A stretch of DNA of 64,000 nt from Callorhinchus milii (taxonomy: Eukaryota), in the NCBI RefSeq assembly GCF_018977255.1, contig NW_024704743.1, forward strand, positions 65,288,001-65,352,000. Reading direction: 5' to 3'. How positions within the stretch are numbered: position 1 is the stretch's first letter; the number at the start of each line of letters is the position of its first letter. This document shows positions 59,101 to 64,000 of the stretch, in pieces. The notes under the pieces were generated by a model. That model searched no databases and was not told where the DNA came from. It was given only the letters and a program-made list of their open reading frames with translations. Position numbers and translations under genes: made by a program.

Positions 59101-61589
59101 CCCATCATTTATTCTATAGAACTGACCTAGACAATTATCTGTTTTTGCATTGCTTGTAATAATACTAGCGAGAAGGAAAACGTGAGTTATTTTAACTCAT
59201 TGACTGGTCCTGTATTACTTCATGGGATTGTTTTCCATTACTTTCTTTCTACAGGTTCAAATTGTTGGCAGTGTTGTTTATAACAACTACACAGTAAGTG
59301 TGGAGGTCCTTGCTACTCCCCCCGTGAGTGTGATTTCAGGTGGCACCCACCTTTTCGTAGCTGATAAAAATGACTCGGTCATTGATCTGAAAGGATCAGA
59401 GTCATTTGATCCAGACTATCCAGACACTACAAGGATGAAGTGAGTATGAATAGGAATCTGGGCAATGGTTTAATGCAATGCTGCAATAGAGGGAGCAGGA
59501 CATATTTTCTTGCTCCAATCTAGAGAGAAGAGACTGTGGGCAGGTGGATTTACAGGCTTACCCCACATAGGCTCAACCCCCACCTCACCAACGAACAGTG
59601 CAAGCCCCCTTTACATTGATCTTATTAGAAGGCCTTCATTATGTTGAAAACATGCAGGAATCAGTTTCAGCCCTGGAAAGTATTTAACACCACACACTAG
59701 AAGCAGTGAAATGAAAATTGTGATTTTTTTTAATATAACAGATTAATTGTGATAATTACCTGATTGATTTTGTTAAGAAATAGCACTGTTTTCAATATTA
59801 TTAAAGACTTCAGCCCTGTAATATTTGCTTCCGTTAGCCAACAAGTGGGAACTTCATTTGGACAGGATCTATTTTCAGAGTGATACCTGGAGTATTTAGT
59901 TATTCGTGATCTGCTAATCCTGCTTGATTCAAGTTTCAAACAATACATTTTTAACCTTAATAACTCAGTCTGAGGGAGCCAGAGCATGTAGGGGAGGTGG
60001 GGGAGAAAAGATTTTTCAAAAAGGATTAGACAATGATGTGTTTATTAGATGTGTTGATTAAATCTTTTGGGTAGTTGACTGGGTAAGGTAGGTAGATGAA
60101 TGGCCTATTGCTGCCTGAAAAATTCAGTCAACTGGAATGATGAATTAGGGTCCTGCCAGGATGTATAGAACTGAAGGAAAGAAAATAAGCAAAGAAAATA
60201 AACATGACGTAACAATATTTAAGTTATCCATAAATAACATGAATTGCTAGATTGATGAATGGCCTATTGCTGCCTCTAACTGTCACTGTGTATAAAGATG
60301 ATCGAACCTTTGGCAAGTTTTGATCTAGTTTATTGCAGATTTAATAAGGCAAATTTATATTCCTTTTCTTCACCTCTGCACAGGTTTTACTGGCTTTGCG
60401 AAGCTGTCAGTGCATTATATATACCGTGTTTCAAACCGGACGTCTCAAACCCATTGAACATATCGTCCAGCATAGTCAATGTTCCGATGTCCGCACTGAA
60501 ATCTGATATTGACCAGTTTGTATTCAAGTTGATGGTCAACAACAATGACAGATATTCTCCAGAAGCACAAATGTTTGTAACTATAAAAAAAGACAACACT
60601 TTGCGGTATGTGCCACGTATCAAACTGTTTGGCACAGATGATAATGCATGGAAGTGAATAATCCCACTATTAGGAGGCCTTCCTATTAAATGTTAAGTCT
60701 TATTACACTATTCACAATTGTTAGAATATAAATCCTGCTGAAGAATTTTGCATTGTAAAACACCCTGATTTCAAATGAGATTTCTTAATTACGAAATCCA
60801 GAAGTAAATTGCACCGACTTATGGGAACACCCTCCAGTGCAACCTGCTTAGGGAGAGGAATTTCTAAAAGTTGACATGACATCAACAGCAACTTGCATTT
60901 ATATAGTACTCTTCAGGCAGAGTAACATATCAGAGAGCTTTACAGAGACAGTGCTGGACACTAAGCATTGTGACATGAGTGATGTGATTCACACTACAGA
61001 AAGGCATCTCCACTCAGATTCTTGCTACTGGTATGGAGGAATAAGATGTTAAGAGCTCAGATGTGATATTCACCATCATTGAATATCCTGCCAGCACTGT
61101 TGTTTCAGCTCATAAACGAAAAATAACCACTTGACAAGGTATTAGAGTCCTGCCAGGATATATAGAACTGAAGGAAAGAAAATTAGCAAAGAAAATAAGC
61201 AAGATTTAACAATATTTAAGTTATCCATAAATAAAATGAATTGCTTTGTAAATATACACATATATATTCTCCAAAGTACACAGTTTTTATTACTATGATG
61301 AAATGCATTTCTAGGGAGAGGGAAGATTGCCTGCACCAGTTTGAGTACCATACTTTATTGCAAGCCTTGGATATTAATGCATGCAATGTAATCTTGTGTT
61401 CAACAATTATATTTTTGCTCCTCTCCAGGCGGGTTAAACTCTTCTGCCCTAAATGCCTGAATAGTTCAGTCAACTGGAATGATGACTTTTCAATAAGAGC
61501 TGTGTGTGAGGATTGTCCAGAAACCCTGAGCCTCTCATACTCTTGGAAATTATACCTCGTGAATGCGACTGAAACAGAACATTTTGAAA
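5007..61589 (+). CDS. pkd1l1: Polycystin-1-like protein 1, 5' portion (23 coding exons, 3' end beyond window): signal peptide, WSC, about 15 PKD repeats, start of REJ
   Basis: Manually spliced exons with AG acceptors and GT donors (one GC), all phases compatible, no internal stop. Exons 17-23 ([116 protein letters not shown]) are collinear with the PKD-PKD-REJ region of human PKD1L1 as I recall it. Confidence 0.93.
8240..8425. repeat. CT-rich low-complexity / degenerate (CT)n tract
   Basis: Directly visible pyrimidine-rich repeat. Confidence 0.85.
8420..8708. mobile_element. hAT/Charlie-like DNA transposon terminal fragment
   Basis: Ends in GGCCAGATGTGGCCCACGGGCCACCAGTTGGATCACCCTG, typical of a Charlie-type subterminus and TIR; partner end not found. 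Confidence 0.45.
9273..9725 (+). mobile_element. L2 3' fragment
   Basis: Aligns to 3400-3845; (TTG)n tail. Confidence 0.9.
11311..11702 (+). mobile_element. Deu-type (SacSINE1-like) SINE, old copy
   Basis: tRNA-like head (..TTCAAGCCCC), central AAAGATCC..GGCTGTTTGTG..GCTGTGTGCA block, (ATT)n tail; related copies at about 110-410, 27050-27445, 43780-44150, 55760-56135. Confidence 0.7.
13535..14285. mobile_element. Two Deu-type SINEs tail-to-tail (+ 13535-13920, - about 13915-14285)
   Basis: Head GCCAGGCTTGGTCGGTAGC at left, reverse-complement head (..GAGTGCTACTGCCTGAGCCAAGCT) at right, tails meet at CATTATTATAATG. Confidence 0.7.
14696..15060 (+). mobile_element. tRNA-Ala-derived SINE with (ATT)n tail
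   Basis: GGAGTCCTGTAGCTC head, anticodon arm CTCAC-CTTGCAA-GTGAG, B-box GGTTCGATTCC. Confidence 0.85.
15240..15434 (-). mobile_element. LF-SINE-like element (5' half)
   Basis: Reverse complement reads CCTTCACCTCTGGGACCTGGGTTTGAATCCAACCCAG...GGCTGT...TGAAATGAGTTTGTG..CTCAGGCCAGTTCCCAGGGG, collinear with the LF-SINE consensus as I recall it. Confidence 0.6.
15943..16060 (+). CDS. pkd1l1: Exon 2: first half of WSC domain ([10 protein letters not shown]...[13 protein letters not shown])
   Basis: Acceptor ttgcag, donor AG|gtaaag, phase 1 to 2; YxGCY and CxxxC WSC motifs. Too short to appear in the ORF track. Confidence 0.85.
16472..16786 (-). mobile_element. Full-length tRNA-Ala SINE nested inside an older Deu-type SINE (about 16170-16850)
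   Basis: Near-identical to the reverse complement of the 52023 and 56482 copies; the host SINE resumes on both sides (..GTGTCATCTTA | TCTTAGACTATGAG..). Confidence 0.88.
17740..18305 (+). mobile_element. CR1-type LINE RT 3' fragment, decayed
   Basis: [10 protein letters not shown].., [27 protein letters not shown] motifs with frameshifts. Confidence 0.8.
19415..20150 (+). mobile_element. CR1-type LINE 3' fragment including 3' UTR
   Basis: [39 protein letters not shown] motifs; ends GGGCTGAATGGCCTGTTTCT..(TTCTAATG)n. Confidence 0.9.
21190..21476 (+). mobile_element. L2 3' end fragment
   Basis: Aligns to the 3' end of the 1750-3845 element. Confidence 0.85.
21712..22225 (-). mobile_element. 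L2 internal RT fragment
   Basis: ORFs 21826-22197 ([18 protein letters not shown]) and 21653-21994 ([12 protein letters not shown]). Confidence 0.9.
22961..22974. promoter_or_regulatory. Near-consensus RFX X-box GTTACCAAGGAAAC in intron 2
   Basis: 14-bp imperfect palindrome with GTTRCC and GGAAAC half-sites, in non-repetitive intronic DNA. Confidence 0.35.
24173..24485 (+). mobile_element. Full-length tRNA-Ala SINE
   Basis: GGAGTCCTGTAGCTCAGTGGTTAGAGCA-CTCGC-CTTGCAA-GCGAG head; (ATT)n tail. Confidence 0.9.
25424..26428 (+). mobile_element. L2-clade LINE, second subfamily, 5'-truncated, about 1 kb
   Basis: 286-aa ORF with YADDTQLY and VTSRLDYSN, one frameshift; distinct 3' end GTGGAGGGCGCTATATAAATCCAAA-(TTG)n; related tail at 62105-62420 (-). 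Confidence 0.93.
27655..28200 (-). mobile_element. CR1-type LINE 3' fragment
   Basis: Minus-strand [15 protein letters not shown] motif followed by CR1-like C-terminus and 3' UTR. Confidence 0.8.
29431..30095. mobile_element. Unclassified dispersed repeat, possibly a solo LTR
   Basis: Core block homologous to 30400-30520, 33740-33945, 53327-53570 and (inverted) 53650-54070; terminus TGTGACCAGCC mirrors GCTGGTCAC at the far end of the 53587-54414 copy. Confidence 0.55.
31928..32095 (+). CDS. pkd1l1: Exon 3: WSC middle ([15 protein letters not shown]...TGCIS)
   Basis: Polypyrimidine tract + tttccag acceptor, gtaagt donor, phase 2 to 2; GxxCxC motif. Confidence 0.85.
32716..32897 (+). CDS. pkd1l1: Exon 4: end of WSC (CFGAVC...MAVY) and start of first Ig-like repeat
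   Basis: aatag acceptor, G|gtaagt donor, phase 2 to 1; lies within ORF 32684-32908. Confidence 0.85.
34105..34830 (-). mobile_element. L2 internal fragment with deletion
   Basis: [22 protein letters not shown] and [11 protein letters not shown] motifs on the minus strand. Confidence 0.88.
34922..35080 (+). CDS. pkd1l1: Exon 5 (IETLSS...[11 protein letters not shown])
   Basis: tttcag acceptor, gtaagt donor, phase 1 to 1; PKD-type YxxPGxY motif. Confidence 0.88.
35637..35956 (+). CDS. pkd1l1: Exon 6 (VTASNQIS...[10 protein letters not shown]...CLLNTV)
   Basis: cctcag acceptor, gtgagt donor, phase 1 to 0; PKD motifs. Confidence 0.9.
37057..37143 (+). CDS. pkd1l1: Exon 7 ([29 protein letters not shown])
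   Basis: atgcag acceptor, gtaagt donor, phase 0 to 0; HxFxxxG..VTVxxSN motif. Confidence 0.9.
38912..40151 (+). CDS. pkd1l1: Exon 8: 1240-bp exon encoding about 4 tandem PKD repeats
   Basis: ctatag acceptor, G|gtgagc donor, phase 0 to 1; 414-aa ORF with [52 protein letters not shown]. Confidence 0.93.
40895..41148 (+). CDS. pkd1l1: Exon 9 ([14 protein letters not shown]...VPFTFK)
   Basis: tttcag acceptor, AAG|gtaatt donor, phase 1 to 0. Confidence 0.88.
41321..42557 (+). mobile_element. L2 LINE (5'-truncated) containing a nested SINE tail (about 41348-41433), inserted next to the exon 10 acceptor
   Basis: [28 protein letters not shown] motifs; flanked by TTGTCTT direct repeats (41314-41320, 42555-42561). 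Confidence 0.92.
42566..42648 (+). CDS. pkd1l1: Exon 10 ([27 protein letters not shown])
   Basis: ttacag acceptor, GG|gtacag donor, phase 0 to 2; FGDG motif. Confidence 0.82.
42773..42928 (+). CDS. pkd1l1: Exon 11 ([17 protein letters not shown]...VSLST)
   Basis: ttgcag acceptor (an in-frame alternative AG lies 6 nt downstream), gtaagc donor, phase 2 to 2. Confidence 0.85.
43054..43339. mobile_element. Tigger/pogo-like MITE
   Basis: Imperfect 24-bp TIRs CAGTAAATCCCCGGCTTACCAGAC / GTCTGGCTAGCCAGGGTTTTAATG (19 of 24 complementary), TA on both sides. Confidence 0.7.
44391..44508 (+). CDS. pkd1l1: Exon 12 ([25 protein letters not shown]...GPSK)
   Basis: ctgcag acceptor, AAG|gtatga donor, phase 2 to 0; GSNxxFxW motif. 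Confidence 0.85.
45953..46192. mobile_element. AT-rich MITE with GGCCCAAAATT-type termini (Harbinger-like?)
   Basis: Ends GACTAAGTAGAATTTTGGGCC with a degenerate inverted left end; related copies at about 40447-40628 and 12743-12860. Confidence 0.45.
46785..47341 (+). CDS. pkd1l1: Exon 13 (LTMEINTTG...INYGDG...HTYSAIGQY...GTEVTFEW)
   Basis: tttcag acceptor, gtaagt donor, phase 0 to 2; ORF 46785-47345. Confidence 0.92.
48013..48377 (+). CDS. pkd1l1: Exon 14 (NTHISTIS...[10 protein letters not shown]...HRFNK)
   Basis: tttcag acceptor, G|gtcagt donor, phase 2 to 1. Confidence 0.92.
49205..49585 (-). mobile_element. L2 3' fragment
   Basis: Reverse complement of the 42200-42557 L2 3' end with (CAA)n tail. 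Confidence 0.9.
49758..49982 (+). CDS. pkd1l1: Exon 15 ([11 protein letters not shown]...[16 protein letters not shown]), followed by a GC donor
   Basis: tctcag acceptor; no downstream phase-1 GT before the in-frame stop, so AAG|GCAAGA is the donor that fits; phase 1 to 1. Confidence 0.85.
50898..51017 (+). CDS. pkd1l1: Exon 16 ([25 protein letters not shown]...YRLQ)
   Basis: tttcag acceptor, gtatga donor, phase 1 to 1. Confidence 0.9.
51676..51844 (+). CDS. pkd1l1: Exon 17 (VSIYTKQ...FLWYFG...YSRPG)
   Basis: ttgcag acceptor, AG|gtacaa donor, phase 1 to 2; matches the first PKD domain of mammalian PKD1L1 as recalled. Confidence 0.92.
52023..52339 (+). mobile_element. Full-length tRNA-Ala SINE
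   Basis: Intact A/B boxes, TGC anticodon arm and (ATT)n tail. Confidence 0.9.
52967..53218 (+). CDS. pkd1l1: Exon 18 ([12 protein letters not shown]...[12 protein letters not shown])
   Basis: ttgcag acceptor, AG|gtgagc donor, phase 2 to 2; canonical WDFGDG. Confidence 0.94.
53587..54414. mobile_element. Longest copy of the solo-LTR-like repeat, inverted relative to the adjacent partial copy at 53327-53570
   Basis: Begins TGTAAG, ends ..GCTGGTCACCAACA; homologous to the reverse complement of 29650-30090; no clear TSD, so boundaries are approximate. Confidence 0.5.
54608..54946. mobile_element. Tc1/mariner-type MITE, intact
   Basis: TA|CAAGGTGTTCACAA ... TTGTGAACACCCTG|TA (13 of 14 TIR match, TA TSD). 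Confidence 0.82.
55044..55176 (+). CDS. pkd1l1: Exon 19 ([16 protein letters not shown]...[15 protein letters not shown]): end of last PKD repeat, start of REJ
   Basis: tttcag acceptor, CAG|gtacta donor, phase 2 to 0; CxPP motif at the REJ start. Confidence 0.92.
56482..56806 (+). mobile_element. Full-length tRNA-derived SINE (same family as 52023)
   Basis: Same head and body; tail GGACGTCCTCCCGACGTGAAA..GCTATATCAAATGCAAGG-(ATT)n. Confidence 0.9.
57048..57251 (+). CDS. pkd1l1: Exon 20, REJ ([14 protein letters not shown]...[11 protein letters not shown])
   Basis: ctacag acceptor, gtaaga donor, phase 0 to 0. Confidence 0.93.
58440..59030 (-). mobile_element. Old L2 3' fragment
   Basis: FHWLPIPQ and [12 protein letters not shown] motifs on the minus strand, (CAA)n-like tail. 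Confidence 0.8.
59255..59439 (+). CDS. pkd1l1: Exon 21, REJ (VQIVGSVVY...[12 protein letters not shown])
   Basis: ctacag acceptor, gtgagt donor, phase 0 to 2; REJ LxGSxSxDPD motif. Confidence 0.93.
60384..60605 (+). CDS. pkd1l1: Exon 22, REJ (FYWLCEAV...DQFVFKLMV...DNTL)
   Basis: gcacag acceptor, gtatgt donor, phase 2 to 2. Confidence 0.92.
61429..61589 (+). CDS. pkd1l1: Exon 23, REJ ([33 protein letters not shown])
   Basis: ctccag acceptor, gtgagt donor, phase 2 to 1; no further exon recognised before the window end. Confidence 0.92.
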
Positions 61590-63121
61590 GTGAGTATTGT
61601 GCAAATTTGTGGAAATGATATCTCCGCTGACTGTATTCTTTTCTGCAGCAGATTCCTCATATCCATTAGCTCAATGATAGTGTTCAAGATGCTCCTTGTA
61701 ATCTTCAGTTCTCTTTACAATCCAGCTGCTCCCAACCTTGACAATCTCCACCCAAAATCCTCCACTCTTCCAACTCTGCTCTTCCAATTTTGCTCCACTG
61801 CTTATTCCTCACTTCCTCTGTCCCCTCATCAGAGACTGAGCTGTCAGCTACTTTCTGGAATTTCCGGAACTTTCCTTTCTGGAATTACTCGCCAAATTCT
61901 CAAAAATGTTTCTTTCTGACTGTGCCTTTAGTCAGTACATTCAAATTTTCCCGCTCTTCCTCCACGTTCGGTGATCCCCATCATCAGTGTGAAACACTTT
62001 GGAATATTCATCCTCTGCATGAAAAATGCAGAAAACATCCATGACTTAAAATGGTTTAATAATATTATAATCTTCATTCCCCAGCATAGTACGGGTTACA
62101 GATACAACAACAATAACAACTTGCATGTATATAGCGCCCTCCGCGCAGGGTAGCGTCTCAGAGCACTTAACAGTGGCGGAGCCTGACTCCGACCCGGAGG
62201 GAGTGGGAAGGTGGCCTTAAGCACAGTCGAAGAGGAAGGTTTTCAGGCGGGGCTTGAAAGAGGGGAAAGAGGAGGCAAGACAGAGGGATTGAGTGAGTGT
62301 TTCAGAGTTTTGGGGCTGAAAGCACCACCTCCGATGGTGGGGCGGAGGGTGCGAGGGCCGAGCAGGAGGCCGGTGCTAGTCGAGCGTAGGAGTGATGGAT
62401 TGGGGAGTGAGGAAAAATGAAAATGACGGATTTGATGGAAAATTATGCAAAATGACAGATACTTGATAGAAACATTGTTTAATTGTAATGTGCGACACCC
62501 TTTTTAAAAAGGAAATAATAATAATTATAATAATCCTTGCACTTGATGGAGCGGCTTATCATGTCTTTGAGATGTCTCAAAGCGCTTCACAGAATATACT
62601 GTAAAGTGAATTCACTGTATATTATGTGGACGAAACGTGGCAACCAATTGCGCACAGGGAGGAAGGGAGGGAGAAAAGTGTCTTAGCCAACAACTTTCCT
62701 GCTAAAAATCAGTCATTCACTGTTTAAGAGTTCTGCACTGTTTTGTGTTTATGTGTGCTAGAAGTATTAAACTCCAATGAGGTAAATCCCACATTCCTAA
62801 TTAATTGCCAGCGCTCCGATACTCCATCCTGCATGAAGATGCTATATAAATGCAAGTTGCTGTAACTAATAGGATAATATAAGCCAGAAGTGATTCAATC
62901 AGTTTGTTAAATGGAAGGCAAGATAGTAATCCCTGGATATGATAATGGGGCTTAGAACTGAAATTAAGCAAATCCAAAATGACTCACATTTTATTCAAAT
63001 CATTATCTAAATCATAATTGTGCTGCAGATGATCAGGTGCGTTATTATGTTGTACTCTTACTTTATGTTAGCAACATGAGTGTACAAAAACCTAAAATAT
63101 AGGAAGGGTGCTTTATTCCAT

Positions 63122-63540
63122 TAGAAACATAGAAATCTACAGCACAGAAGGAGGCCATTCAGCCAATCAAGTCTGCACCAGGTCACAGAGCAAGCCCCTA
63201 CTTTCCTCTTGAATGCTACAATGGACTCTGTCTCCATCCCCCTTTTATTGGGAAAGGACATTCCCCATCCCAATAAGTATGTGGGTGAAACAATTCCTCC
63301 CAAGTTCTTCTTTCGCTGTTCTTGTGGCGATCTTATAACTATGTCCCCCCGTGACTGACTCCCCTATCAAAGGAAATAACTTTTCCCTATTTACCTTAAC
63401 AAACTCCCTCAGAACCACAGAATTGTGTCCATCAGGTCCCCCCTCAACCTCCTCTGCTCCAGACAGACCCAGCTTCTCCAATATCTCCTCATAACTTTAA
63501 CCCTTTATCTCTGGAATCATTCTTGTAAACCTCCTCTTCA
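63122..63540 (-). mobile_element. CR1-type LINE 3' end
   Basis: [24 protein letters not shown] motifs; 3' UTR ..GGCTGAATGGCCTCCTTCTGTGCTG..TTTCTATGTTTCT on the minus strand. Confidence 0.88.
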
Positions 63541-64000
63541 ACCCACTAATGACTAACAGCTTTCCTGAAATTAAGTACCTAGGAATAGATATTTCAAATC
63601 TCCTATGGAACAGAGCCAGTCTATTAGTCCACCGATTGCTTGACTTAAAAAGGTTGTCAGTTCTGTGAACCTTGGTTTCCCTATTTATGGTTCTTATGCA
63701 CACTTCCAAATTTACCAACATTTAAAAGAGCCCAAACTGCATTTTACTCCAGCGGTACCCTGGAGGCCAGAAACGATCCCAAACTGCTGTTTTTAATGTA
63801 TTGATTTGAACATCTTCACTCTCACTTTCAAACCTCTTCACTCCTTGGCACTCTCCGTACCTCTCTGATCCCACAACCTTTGCTCAGCTGGCACAGGGCT
63901 GCTGCATGTCCTACGCTCCGTTGTTGTTGCTATTGTGAGTAAAAGCTTGCCAGCACTTACACAGAATTCAGATAAATCCTGTCCTGGCCAACAATCCCCC

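Noticed and set aside
1..64000. Prokaryote-type systems (CRISPR arrays, operons, defence islands)
   Set aside because: The window is intron-rich vertebrate DNA; recurring short motifs are SINE/LINE tails at irregular spacing, not repeat-spacer arrays.

Overview
Eukaryotic (vertebrate) genomic DNA, most likely a cartilaginous fish and possibly a chimaera. This is inferred from the repeat content (L2 and CR1 LINE fragments, Deu-type and tRNA-Ala SINEs, an LF-SINE-like element), not from a database match. The window holds the 5' part of one large + strand gene, a polycystin-1-like 1 (pkd1l1) orthologue. I reconstructed 23 consecutive coding exons by hand (5007-61589; 5572 nt, 1857 codons + 1 nt). 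All splice phases chain without a stop codon, and one intron is GC-AG. The gene continues past the window end. The predicted protein is: signal peptide, an 8-Cys WSC domain, about 15 PKD/Ig-like repeats, then the start of the REJ region. That ectodomain is much longer and more PKD1-like than the mammalian PKD1L1 I recall (2 annotated PKD domains, no WSC). The introns are full of decayed retroposons and MITEs. Notable local events include an L2 inserted 4 nt from a splice acceptor, a two-template insertion copied from downstream exon and intron sequence, and candidate RFX X-boxes. Most ORFs in the supplied track are repeat fragments or antisense shadows.
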